This document shows positions 1 to 9,564 of a stretch of 64,000 nucleotides of DNA, piece by piece. The position numbers and the translations under genes are program-made. Source of the stretch: an uncultured cyanobacterium (GTDB lineage Bacteria > Cyanobacteriota > Cyanobacteriia > PCC-9006 > JAAUQQ01); the NCBI GenBank assembly GCA_963718615.1, contig OY970368.1, positions 96,001 to 160,000 of the forward strand, written 5' to 3'. The notes under the pieces were generated by a model that was given only the letters and a program-made list of their open reading frames with translations, did no database searches and was not told where the DNA came from. How positions within the stretch are numbered: position 1 is the stretch's first letter; each line of letters opens with the position of its first letter.

Positions 1-595
1 GCTCCAGGCCACTCAAACCCTGCTGGATTCGGCCCATTCGCAGAATCAATATCTGCATAAGGCCAACCGACGGATGCAGGTTGAGCTCGACCAAATTACG
101 GAGTCGGCCCATAAACTGCAACAAATTGCGGGCAAGGTGGCAGGTCTAAACAGCCCGCCCCAGGATGCCGCTGCGGCTCCATCTCCCGCCCAGCCCCTAT
201 CCAAGGAAGCCCCCGCCGTTCGTCGCCCGCCCCAATCGCAATCGGCCCGTCCACCGATGCCCCAGGGGCGCAAAGCCGCTGTGGAGTCGCTCAATCAACT
301 GTTACGCGATCGCCCAGCCCGCCCTCGCCCCCTGCTATCGACCGGGCAATCGGGCGAGATCAGCACCTGGTGGCTGATGGCAATGATTATCTTCATTGTG
401 GTCACGGCCTTTGGCACCGGCTTTATTCTGGTGCGTCCTTTCCTCAATCCGTCGAGTTCCACCCCGGTCCAGCCTGGACCTGAGCCCAATCCCACGTTTG
501 AGCCGAATCCGGGGGGGAGTTCCACGTTATCCAATCCCACCCCTGCTCGGTCGTCGGGCAGCCGTGAGGAGGGCGACGGGGATGTTGAGCGATAG
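1..595 (+). CDS. Hypothetical membrane protein, 5'-truncated (coiled-coil, Pro-rich linker, single TM helix)
   Basis: The frame of ORF 74..595 is open back to position 2 (LQATQTLLDSAHSQNQYLH...). Hydrophobic stretch WWLMAMIIFIVVTAFGTGFILV near the C-terminus. Confidence 0.7.
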   Translation, partial: LQATQTLLDSAHSQNQYLHKANRRMQVELDQITESAHKLQQIAGKVAGLNSPPQDAAAAPSPAQPLSKEAPAVRRPPQSQSARPPMPQGRKAAVESLNQLLRDRPARPRPLLSTGQSGEISTWWLMAMIIFIVVTAFGTGFILVRPFLNPSSSTPVQPGPEPNPTFEPNPGGSSTLSNPTPARSSGSREEGDGDVER

Positions 596-631
596 CCAGT
601 CACGCTCCCCCGGTTTTAGGTGAAAACGGTC

Positions 632-645
632 GTAATGTTTATTAC
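632..645 (+). promoter_or_regulatory. Distal NtcA-binding site upstream of glnB
   Basis: GTA-atgtttat-TAC matches the NtcA consensus GTA-N8-TAC. Confidence 0.55.
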
Positions 646-756
646 AAATTCTCGCGCGATCGCCCGATTGCCAAAAGGGAGTTTTACACTGAGTGGGGTT
701 CTATTTCGGCTGATAGAGACGCTAATCTCGATTTTGTTCAATGGAATTCTGCAAAG

Positions 757-801
757 TGTATCTTCTCGTACATCAAACCCCCTTTTAACTCCGCTTACTG
801 T
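757..801 (+). promoter_or_regulatory. NtcA-activated promoter of glnB
   Basis: TGTA-tcttctcg-TACA (757-772), then a TAN3T -10-like box TACTGT at 796-801. RBS AGGAG at 828-832. Confidence 0.75.
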
Positions 802-828
802 TAAGAAACGAAATCGCGACGCATTTAA

Positions 829-1179
<351 letters not shown>

Positions 1180-1218
1180 GCTTGAAGCCCTAAACCTGCT
1201 CTCATTTCATCAACTTCT

Positions 1219-1290
1219 GTAGGGACATGGCATTGCCATGTCCCTACGGTTTTAATGCCATGTTCCTAGGGTTTTGATGCCATGTCCCTC
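1219..1290. repeat. GTAG-type REP-like palindrome followed by degenerate 22-bp tandem copies; may also terminate the convergent glnB and miaB transcripts
   Basis: GTAGGGACATGGCA-T-TGCCATGTCCCTAC (1219-1247) is a perfect inverted repeat. TGCCATG recurs at 1234, 1256 and 1278. Confidence 0.7.
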
Positions 1291-1298
1291 CTTGGGTT

Positions 1299-2690
1299 TT
1301 AGACACAGATGGGGGATTCGAGGCGATCGCCCGTCAAGCTAAAGGGTCGCACCTGGGTAATCTTCACCGGCACGATCTGTCCCTTGAGTCGCTCAAAGTC
1401 GCCACTAAAAAACGTCAGTCGGTTGGTGCGGGTGCGGCCCATGACTTGGTTTGGAGCTTTGGGATTGATGCCCTCGACGAGAATTTCTTCAATGCGGTTT
1501 TGGTAGCGCTGCGATCGCTCTGCCGCTTTCGTTCCCACCAAATGATTGAGCCGTTGGAGGCGATCAACTTTGATTTCTTCCGCAAGCTGCTTCTCCCAGG
1601 TCGCCGCAGGGGTTCCAGGCCGAGGAGAATAAGCAGCAGTGTTGAGCTGATCAAAGCCAATGTCGGCGACGAGCTGGAGCGTATCCTGGAACTGTGCTTC
1701 GGTTTCACCAGGAAAAGCCACGATGGCATCGGCGCTAATGGCAGCATCGGGCAGAACTTGGCGAATTTTGTCGATGATGCGGCGATATTTCTCTTGGGTG
1801 TAGCCCCGCGCCATGGCCTTGAGGATCTCGTTATTGCCCGACTGGAAGGGAATATGAAAGTGCTCGCAGACCTTGGGCAATTCGGCACAGGCCCGAATCA
1901 ACCGCTCGGTGAAGTAGCGGGGATGGCTGGTGGCAAAGCGAATCCGCTCAATGCCGGGGACATCGTGGACAAAATAGAGCAAATCCGTCAGGTTATTTTG
2001 GTGACGGCCTTCGGCGGTGGTACCGGGCAGGTCCCGGCCATAGGCGTCGATGTTTTGGCCCAAGAGCGTCACTTCTTTAATCCCCTGGCGACCCAGATCT
2101 TCCATCTCCGCCCGAATCGCTTCCGGAGCGCGGGACTGCTCGATACCGCGCACACCAGGGACAACACAGTAGGTACAGCGCTCGTTGCAGCCGTAGATCA
2201 CATTCACCCAAGCGGTGATCTCGCTGTCGCGACGAGGTTTGGTGATGTCTTCAAGGATATGGACGGGTTCCGTGGCGACGACCTGGTTGCCCTGAAAGAC
2301 ATCTTCGAGCAAATCTTGCAGCCGATTGGCATGCTGGGGTCCCATAACTAAATCCAGCTCGGGCACCCGACGCAGCAGGGCTTCCCCTTCCTGCTGGGCG
2401 ACGCATCCCGCGACCACAAGGGTGAGGTTGGGGTCGTGCTGTTTGCGTTTGGCCTGTCGCCCCAGGTAGGAATACACCTTTTGCTCGGCGTTGTCGCGAA
2501 TGGTGCAGGTGTTGTAAAGGATCAGATCGGCTTGAAACGGGTCTTCTTCCCAAGTCATACCCATGGCATCGAGAATACCGGCCATGCGTTCGGAGTCGGC
2601 TTTATTCATCTGGCAGCCGAAGGTGGTGATGTGGTAGCGACGGGGAGAGGGAAGCATGGGCGAAGAGGGCATGGGCGATCGCGCATCCAA
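1299..2690 (-). CDS. miaB: tRNA-2-methylthio-N6-dimethylallyladenosine synthase MiaB (radical SAM); start may be a few codons downstream
   Basis: [18 protein letters not shown], CxxxCxxC (CNERCTYC), C-terminal TRAM domain. Confidence 0.95.
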   Translation of the reverse strand: MDARSPMPSSPMLPSPRRYHITTFGCQMNKADSERMAGILDAMGMTWEEDPFQADLILYNTCTIRDNAEQKVYSYLGRQAKRKQHDPNLTLVVAGCVAQQEGEALLRRVPELDLVMGPQHANRLQDLLEDVFQGNQVVATEPVHILEDITKPRRDSEITAWVNVIYGCNERCTYCVVPGVRGIEQSRAPEAIRAEMEDLGRQGIKEVTLLGQNIDAYGRDLPGTTAEGRHQNNLTDLLYFVHDVPGIERIRFATSHPRYFTERLIRACAELPKVCEHFHIPFQSGNNEILKAMARGYTQEKYRRIIDKIRQVLPDAAISADAIVAFPGETEAQFQDTLQLVADIGFDQLNTAAYSPRPGTPAATWEKQLAEEIKVDRLQRLNHLVGTKAAERSQRYQNRIEEILVEGINPKAPNQVMGRTRTNRLTFFSGDFERLKGQIVPVKITQVRPFSLTGDRLESPICV

Positions 2691-2895
2691 AAACTAGCAA
2701 ACTCCATCCTAGCTCAGGAGTCCCGCTCTAGAAAATGTCAGTTATGATGCCGGATAGAGTGACAGGAAGCGCAAAGAACGCGGACTTGTTAGTGCTGATC
2801 GGTTCGAATCGCGTTTATCCGACTTTGCATATGGCGATCGCCGCCTTTCAGTCCCGTCATGCAGGCAAGAGGAATGAGGCTTAAATTTGCGGTGG

Positions 2896-3516
2896 TCATG
2901 CTGTCTCGGGTGTGGTCGGTTCAACGGTAACTTCTGAAAAGTCGATCCCGCGATAGGCTTGCTCAATGGGGAAACTCAAATTTACGGATTGCAATTCCAC
3001 TACGTCTCCAGCCCGATAATTGATGATCTCCCATCGCCCGTTTTCGTTTTTACGATAAAGATCGATCGCGATTTCCTGCGAACTGACCAATACATAATCT
3101 TGTAATTGCGGATTCTGACGATAGCGAAAAAACTTGTTGCCACGGTCATAGGCTTCTGTACTGTCGGACAACACTTCAACGATTAAGCAAGGATAGGTAA
3201 TGTACTGCGCTGAGGTTTTATCTCTGCGATCGCAGCTCACACTAGCATCGGGGTAGGTGTAATCATGACTGCCCACAAGGTTGACTCGACAATCAGAGTT
3301 AAATACCCGACAACTGCCATTGGATAAGTGATTATCCAGTAAAGCCGCTACCTTCAGACTAATCCGGCTATGATTTTGGGTGCCCCCGCTCATAGCGTAG
3401 ACTTGGCCATTGATATACTCGTGACGACATAGCTGTTCCTCTTCCCACGCAAAATACTCAACGGGGGTTAACTGGGGTGACTGACTCGGAACTGCAAACA
3501 TGGTTCTATTCTCCAA
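2896..3516 (-). CDS. Uma2 (DUF820) family putative endonuclease
   Basis: RHEYINGQVYAMSGGT, YPDASV, LIVEVLSDSTEAYDRGNKF are typical of Uma2 proteins. Confidence 0.9.
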   Translation of the reverse strand: MENRTMFAVPSQSPQLTPVEYFAWEEEQLCRHEYINGQVYAMSGGTQNHSRISLKVAALLDNHLSNGSCRVFNSDCRVNLVGSHDYTYPDASVSCDRRDKTSAQYITYPCLIVEVLSDSTEAYDRGNKFFRYRQNPQLQDYVLVSSQEIAIDLYRKNENGRWEIINYRAGDVVELQSVNLSFPIEQAYRGIDFSEVTVEPTTPETA

Positions 3517-3639
3517 GAACGAGAATTTTCACGGGCAGGCTTATTGATATTTTTAGGGTGAGACGGTAGCGCGAGCAGACGATGTGATCACAGTTGCAAG
3601 AGCAAATGAAGGAACAAAAATTCTCAAGTGATATCTCAG

Positions 3640-3675
3640 AAAAAATAACGCTGCTGCGGTACGAGCAGCAGCGTT
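3640..3675 (-). terminator. Intrinsic terminator downstream of argD
   Basis: 11-bp stem AACGCTGCTGC/GCAGCAGCGTT (3647-3675) with an adjacent A-run (U-run on the minus strand). Confidence 0.7.
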
Positions 3676-3719
3676 GGCCTCTCCATCAGACGTTTGGCTT
3701 AGCGGATAGCTGACGAGGC

Positions 3720-4991
3720 TTAGCCAAAAACCGTAGCCAAGGCTCGCTCCGTTGCGGCGAGCGCTTCGTCGATTTCTTCCGCTGAGACAATCAGCGGCGG
3801 CACATAGCGAACCGCACGGGCACCGGCAGGCACGAGGAGCAAGCCTTCGCCCATGGCCGCTTTCACAACCTCAATTGGCGCTTTGGGCTCTTCGTCCTTG
3901 AGAATCAAACCGTTAATCAGACCCCAGCCCCTGGCTCCGGCGAGATGCTCGGGGTATTGCTGGGCGATCGCCCCCAATCCCGCCCGCAACTGCTCACCCC
4001 GCGCCTGGACATTGGCCAAAATGCCTTCCCGCTCAATAAACTGCGTAATCGTCAGACCAATCCGACAAACAAAAGGATTCCCCCCAAACGTACTGGCATG
4101 GTCCCCCGGCTCAAACACCGCACAGAATGCTTTGCTCAGCAAAGCCCCAATGGGAAAACCGCCACCTAATCCCTTCGCCAACGTAAAGGCATCCGGCTCG
4201 ATCCCCAAATGCTCATAGCCCCACATCCTGCCGGAACGGCCCATCCCCACCTGGACTTCATCGAGAATCAGCAAAATGCCCAGTTGATCACAGAGCTGAC
4301 GCACCCGCTGGAAGTACGCGACGTCGCCAGGATTGACGCCACCTTCGCCCTGGAGGGGTTCGAGCAAAATCGCTGCGACGCGGGGACCCTTGGCATTGAG
4401 CTGGGCGATCGCCCCTTCCATCGCCTCAATGTCGTTATAGGTCACATAATGAAACCCCTGAACCATCGGGGCAAAGCCCTTGTGATACTTAGGCTGTCCC
4501 GTCGCAGTCACCGTCGCCAGCGTTCGTCCATGAAAACTGGCTTGCGCCGTAATAATCACGGGTTCGTCAATCCCCAGCTTGGTGTGGGCGTATTTACGGG
4601 CCAGCTTGATGGCACTTTCGTTGGCCTCTGCACCGGAGTTACAGAAAAAGACGCGATCGGCACAGGAATGGGTGGTTAGCCACTGCGCTAGCTCGCCCTG
4701 AACGGGGATGTAATAAAGATTCGAAACATGCTGTAACTTTTGCACCTGATCCGTTACCGCTTCAACAATCGCCGGATGGGAATGGCCTAGGGTACAGGTG
4801 GCAATCCCCGCAACAAAATCCAGATACTCTCGACCCTCCGTATCCCAAACCCGACAGCCCCGACCTCGTTCCAGGGCAATCGGGAAGCGTCCATAGGTTC
4901 GCATGACACTTTGGTCAAAGGCTTCGGCGCTAAAGGCCGGGGCAGTTACATCAAGGACGCTGGATTGCTGGACGAGGGTATCTGGACTCAC
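3720..4991 (-). CDS. argD: Acetylornithine aminotransferase (class III PLP)
   Basis: FFCNSGAEANE, SFHGRT, DEVQVGMGRSG, AKGLGGG, HASTFGGN. Likely GTG start at 4991 with GAGG RBS; the ORF extends to 5015. Confidence 0.92.
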   Translation of the reverse strand: MSPDTLVQQSSVLDVTAPAFSAEAFDQSVMRTYGRFPIALERGRGCRVWDTEGREYLDFVAGIATCTLGHSHPAIVEAVTDQVQKLQHVSNLYYIPVQGELAQWLTTHSCADRVFFCNSGAEANESAIKLARKYAHTKLGIDEPVIITAQASFHGRTLATVTATGQPKYHKGFAPMVQGFHYVTYNDIEAMEGAIAQLNAKGPRVAAILLEPLQGEGGVNPGDVAYFQRVRQLCDQLGILLILDEVQVGMGRSGRMWGYEHLGIEPDAFTLAKGLGGGFPIGALLSKAFCAVFEPGDHASTFGGNPFVCRIGLTITQFIEREGILANVQARGEQLRAGLGAIAQQYPEHLAGARGWGLINGLILKDEEPKAPIEVVKAAMGEGLLLVPAGARAVRYVPPLIVSAEEIDEALAATERALATVFG

Positions 4992-5398
4992 AGTGGTTTC
5001 CTCAAAAGAGAACAAGCAGAGAAAAAACTTTAAGAATTAGTATTTCCCGAATTCCTGGGAGATTAGCAATCATTCTAAAGTTTTTTTAAGCACTGTGGGG
5101 ACCCCTTGGCAATTCCGCGAGCATTGAGGCTGGGTATTCCGTGAGTATAAATACCATAATAAAGACAATAAAAACCCCAGCAAGCCGAAGGATTGTGGGG
5201 CTGAAGACGCAGTTAGGAGGTATCTTATGGTTCAAATTTAACGGATCCTTTGCAGATCAACAGATCTCTTAATGAGTTCTTAAGTTTCTCGCTTTAAAGT
5301 TGTTTTTTCTTTAAGTTTCTTGCAGACTCAACGCAATTCATCCGTCGAAACACAGCCCAGTTAAGGTTACAAATGTAAGAAACGGGAATTTTGTCTTT

Positions 5399-6421
5399 AT
5401 GCCTCGACCTCAAGCCTTGCCGCCAAATTTGATCATTCAACTGGGTCGCTGGGGTTGGGAAACCGTTTGGCGGGTGATGATGTCCCAAATGGCCCCGCGT
5501 AGCAAAGACGGCAGCTATGTGCGTCCAGAAAGTGCCTTTCGGCAGATCGTCAGTGCAGATGCTCAGGCAACCTATCCGGCAGAGAACCAACGCTATCGCT
5601 TGTTTGTGGGGATGAGCTGTCCCTGGGCCCACCGCACGCTCGTGGTTCGGGCGCTCAAGGGGCTAGAAACGGTGATTCCGGTGACCGTGGTGTCGCCGTC
5701 TCCGGAGGCTGGCGGTTGGATTTTTGAGCAGCCCTTTCAGCCGACTGCAGCCCAGTCCTGTTTGTCGTTGGCGCAGTTCTATGCCCAGGCGCAGCCCGGT
5801 TATCGAGGACGCAATACGGTGCCGGTGCTCTGGGATAGCCAGACAAATACCATTGTTAACAACGAAAGTTCAGAGATTATTGTCATCCTCAATGGAGCTT
5901 TTGATACCTGGGCCAAGCATCCGGAACTGGATTTATACCCCGAGGAGTTGCGCGATTCCATCGAAACCTGGAATGGCAAAATCTACTCCGCCATCAATAA
6001 TGGTGTCTATCGCTGCGGCTTTGCCCAAACCCAAGTGGCCTATGATCTCGTGGTCAATGAACTCTTTAGTACCCTGGACGAAATCGAGACCGTGTTGGCG
6101 CAGCAACTTTATCTTTGTGGCGATCGCCTCACCCTCGCCGATGTGCGGTTATTTACAACGCTGATTCGGTTTGATGTGGCCTATCACGGGATTTTTAAGT
6201 GCGATCGCAAACGCATTATCGATTATCCTCATCTGAGTGGTTATTTGCGGGAGATTTATCAGCTTCCAGGCGTAGCTGAAACCTGCGATTTGGACGCCGT
6301 TAAACGGGATTATTACGGCAATCTCTTTCCCCTCAATCCTGGCGGCATTATTCCAACCGGACCCGATTTGAGCTATTTGAGCCAGGATCCCGGTCGATCG
6401 CACCAGGGAACCCCCGCTTAA
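5399..6421 (+). CDS. Glutathione S-transferase, Xi class (glutathionyl-hydroquinone reductase, YqjG/ECM4-like)
   Basis: CPWAHR, TVPVLWD, NNESSEI, NNGVYRCGFA, NPGGIIP. Confidence 0.9.
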   Translation: MPRPQALPPNLIIQLGRWGWETVWRVMMSQMAPRSKDGSYVRPESAFRQIVSADAQATYPAENQRYRLFVGMSCPWAHRTLVVRALKGLETVIPVTVVSPSPEAGGWIFEQPFQPTAAQSCLSLAQFYAQAQPGYRGRNTVPVLWDSQTNTIVNNESSEIIVILNGAFDTWAKHPELDLYPEELRDSIETWNGKIYSAINNGVYRCGFAQTQVAYDLVVNELFSTLDEIETVLAQQLYLCGDRLTLADVRLFTTLIRFDVAYHGIFKCDRKRIIDYPHLSGYLREIYQLPGVAETCDLDAVKRDYYGNLFPLNPGGIIPTGPDLSYLSQDPGRSHQGTPA

Positions 6422-6538
6422 AACGCTCAATTGCCCATCAATTGCCCAGGAAAATGGCACAATAGGATCGTAATAGTACAAGTGTTGTTAGAACCCCACT
6501 GCCGGATGCCGTTGCATCCTCCTCCCTTTCCAATCGCT

Positions 6539-7474
6539 ATGGCTACTGCTCCAGCCCATTTGCTGCTGATTCTGGATACCGAAACCACGGGCATCGACGA
6601 GGGCAAAGACGAGGTCCTTGAAGTTGCTGCGATTTTATATTCCCTGGAGCATCACTGCACGCTGCAGCAAATCAGCACGCTATTGCCCACGGATCGGGAG
6701 CAGAATCCAGCGGAAGCGATTAATCAAATTCCGATCGCGGCAGCCAATGCGACGCCGCCGGAGCTTGCCGAATATCTCTGTCAAACGATTAATTATTGGG
6801 GACAAATCGCCGAATATATCGTTGCCCACAATGCCGAATTTGATCGCAAATGGTTTAAAAATCACCCCATTTTCCATCGCTTGTACGATCGCCCCTGGCT
6901 CTGTTCCTGCCACGACATCACCTGGCCCAAACAGCACAAATCCGGCCAGAAACTGATTGAGCTGGCCTTGGCCCATGGGGTAGGGGTGAGCAGTGCCCAC
7001 CGCGCCCTCACGGACTGCCAGCTTTTGGCAGCATTATTTGATCGGATGGAGAATTTGCCAGAATTAATTTCCCAGGCGACCCGTCCGAAGCTGTGGGTCA
7101 AGGCGGAGGTGTCCTATGGCGATCGCCAATTGGCCAAGGATGCCGGGTTCCGCTGGGACGGCAGCAGCAAACAGTGGATTGGCAAACTCAGCGAGTCAGA
7201 ATTGGCGGCTTTGCCTTTTCCCTACAGAATTCTCGATGCTGGGGAGCCAAGTCCAGAACCAAGCCCAAAACCGAGCCCAAAACCGAGCCCAGCTCAGACC
7301 CAACCCCAAAAAACACAAACCCTTGTTCAAACCCAGACAATATCCGTTCAACCCTCCGAAAAGCGAACCCCTTTGCCTGTAGATCATCAGCGGGATAGGA
7401 GATTCAGCCCAGCCCAGCCCGTGGCCACCGCACCAGCGGCTCACCCCGCCGAAGATGACGTAGTTCCCTTTTGA
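6539..7474 (+). CDS. DEDDh 3'-5' exonuclease (DnaQ-like) with a DUF5710-like domain and a disordered tail ending in EDDVVPF
   Basis: ExoI LDTETTG, ExoII AHNAEFD, ExoIII HRALTD, then VSYGDRQLAKDAGFRWD. ATG 6539 preferred; the ORF extends to 6431. Confidence 0.85.
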   Translation: MATAPAHLLLILDTETTGIDEGKDEVLEVAAILYSLEHHCTLQQISTLLPTDREQNPAEAINQIPIAAANATPPELAEYLCQTINYWGQIAEYIVAHNAEFDRKWFKNHPIFHRLYDRPWLCSCHDITWPKQHKSGQKLIELALAHGVGVSSAHRALTDCQLLAALFDRMENLPELISQATRPKLWVKAEVSYGDRQLAKDAGFRWDGSSKQWIGKLSESELAALPFPYRILDAGEPSPEPSPKPSPKPSPAQTQPQKTQTLVQTQTISVQPSEKRTPLPVDHQRDRRFSPAQPVATAPAAHPAEDDVVPF

Positions 7475-7652
7475 CCCCGTTATGGGTGCACGTTATTTTG
7501 GACTGGTTTTGGACCAACGGCCTTAAAGTTCCCTAAAGTGCTCCGTAAATCTCCAAAATCGCCAAAGAACATAACAGTTTGATAACTTTCGGATGCTGGC
7601 TTTGGAACTCTCCTATACCATGGGATCAACTCAAAAAAATTAAAAAAAACTT

Positions 7653-8942
7653 ATGTCCTTGGCCCTCGTCAACTCGGTTGCTCCTCGCCTCAACAACCCC
7701 GTTATCCATTCCTTGCCGAACGGCCTCCAGATTATTGCAGAGCAAATGCCCGTTGAAGTTATGGCCCTAGATATTTGGGCGAGGGTAGGCTCTGCAATTG
7801 AGCCAGAGCCAATCAACGGCATGGCCCATTTTCTTGAGCACATGGTCTTTAAGGGGACGGATCGACTGCGGGCGGGAGAATTTGAGCGCCGGGTCGAAGA
7901 ACGAGGCGCAGTGATGAACGCCTCTACCAGTCAGGATTACACGCATTTTTATATCACAACCGCTCCCCAGGATTTTGCCACGTTGGCTCCGCTACAGCTT
8001 GATCTAGTGTTTAACCCAGCGATTCCGGACAGCGAATTTGAATCGGAGCGACAGGTGGTTTTAGAAGAGATTCGTCGATCGGAAGACAGTCCCCAACGGC
8101 GCACCTATTCCCGCATGATTGAGAGTACGTTTGAACGGTTGCCCTATCGTCGCTCCGTGCTGGGGCCGCAGTCCGTTATCGAGCAGGTAACCCCTGACCA
8201 AATGCGATCGTTTTATCAGAACTGGTATACCCCGCAAAATTTGACGATTGTGGCAGTGGGCAATTTGCCCGTGGAAGCGATTATCGAAACAGTTATAGAA
8301 AATATTCCTCAAGGTTTGAGCGATCGCCGCTCCCATCCCCAAACGCCCCTTGCCCACGCCATTCCTGAACCCAAATTCACCCAAATCCATCGTCACGAAT
8401 TTGTCGATCCAACGTTGCAGCAGGCCCGTTTACTCATGACTTGGCGGGTGCCCGGTCTTCAACATCTGGACGATACCTATCCGCTGGATATCCTGTCTTC
8501 GATTTTGTCCCACGGGCGCACCTCTCGACTGGTGCAGGATCTGCGGGAGACGCGATCGCTCGTCACCAGTATCTCCGCTGGCAACACCGACTATTGGACC
8601 CAGGGCATTTTTACGATCTCGGCGCGATTGCCTGAAGAAAATCTAGCGGCAGCGGAAGCGGCGATTTTGGAGCATATTCGTGCTTTGCAAACTACGCCTG
8701 TGCGCGAGGCTGAGCTAGAGCGGGTCCGGACGCAGGTGGCCAATCGGTTTGTCTTTGGCAATGAACGCCCGAGCGATCGCACGGGGCTCTATGGGTTCTA
8801 CCAAACCTTGGTGGGCGACCTAGAACCAGCGTTTCATTATCCTCAAATTATTCGCAAGATCACAGCGGAAACCGTCCAGGCTGCGGTTCAGGAGTATTTG
8901 TCTCCGGAAGCTTGTTGTATTGTCACAATTCGTCCAGAGTAA
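7653..8942 (+). CDS. M16 family (pitrilysin/insulinase) zinc peptidase
   Basis: Inverted zinc motif HFLEH, NASTSQDYT, ERQVVLEE. Confidence 0.92.
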   Translation: MSLALVNSVAPRLNNPVIHSLPNGLQIIAEQMPVEVMALDIWARVGSAIEPEPINGMAHFLEHMVFKGTDRLRAGEFERRVEERGAVMNASTSQDYTHFYITTAPQDFATLAPLQLDLVFNPAIPDSEFESERQVVLEEIRRSEDSPQRRTYSRMIESTFERLPYRRSVLGPQSVIEQVTPDQMRSFYQNWYTPQNLTIVAVGNLPVEAIIETVIENIPQGLSDRRSHPQTPLAHAIPEPKFTQIHRHEFVDPTLQQARLLMTWRVPGLQHLDDTYPLDILSSILSHGRTSRLVQDLRETRSLVTSISAGNTDYWTQGIFTISARLPEENLAAAEAAILEHIRALQTTPVREAELERVRTQVANRFVFGNERPSDRTGLYGFYQTLVGDLEPAFHYPQIIRKITAETVQAAVQEYLSPEACCIVTIRPE

Positions 8943-8943
8943 G

Positions 8944-9564
8944 ATGAAAGTTTCTTCCTCGGGCATCCTGCTCGCCCACCAAACTCAAATCAGCGGCACC
9001 GTCGGCGGCACCCATCACTTTGAACCCAATGATACTCCCCGTGCGGGCGAACCCAACTTGGCTTGGTTTGCCCTCACCCAAGCGGGGGGTGAAACGATTC
9101 CCTTAGGGGATTGCGACTGTGAATTAGCGGTCTACCCAGGCATTGATCCCTCTCCCAATGCTACCCCGATTGCCACGCCAGCACTTAAAGCCATTTCCGC
9201 TGAAGGACTACAAAACATTCCCGCCGCTGAGATTTTATTTCCTAAGGTTGGAGCCTATGAGCTAGTCTTGCGCGGACGCCCCCAGGGGACAGCGACGTTT
9301 GAGCCTTTTGAGCTACAGTTTTCTGTGACCGTTGCAGCGGGTAAAGTGACGGATACGGTGACAGATAAAAAAGTGGTAGATAAAGATGTAGCGTCAACTT
9401 CAGCGCCAACTACCTCATTGCCAACCACCTCAGCGCCAACCCCTTCAAACCCTTCAACCACAAATTCCTTTCCCCCTCGAATCGGCATTGTGAGTGGGGT
9501 AGGACTAGCCGCCCTTGTAGCACTGGGACTGGTGCTGTGGAAAACGCTGCAAAGGTCTGTCTAG
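8944..9564 (+). CDS. Hypothetical C-terminally anchored surface/periplasmic protein
   Basis: ATG directly after the peptidase stop. Globular region (GGTHHFEPND...), Ser/Thr/Pro linker, C-terminal TM helix followed by basic residues. Confidence 0.7.
   Translation: MKVSSSGILLAHQTQISGTVGGTHHFEPNDTPRAGEPNLAWFALTQAGGETIPLGDCDCELAVYPGIDPSPNATPIATPALKAISAEGLQNIPAAEILFPKVGAYELVLRGRPQGTATFEPFELQFSVTVAAGKVTDTVTDKKVVDKDVASTSAPTTSLPTTSAPTPSNPSTTNSFPPRIGIVSGVGLAALVALGLVLWKTLQRSV

Noticed and set aside
1446-2351. 301-aa plus-strand ORF
   Set aside because: Antisense shadow of miaB with no recognizable motifs.
2896-3516. Uma2 gene as a mobile or defence element
   Set aside because: Uma2 paralogs are common scattered cyanobacterial genes; no methyltransferase, terminal repeats or integrase nearby.
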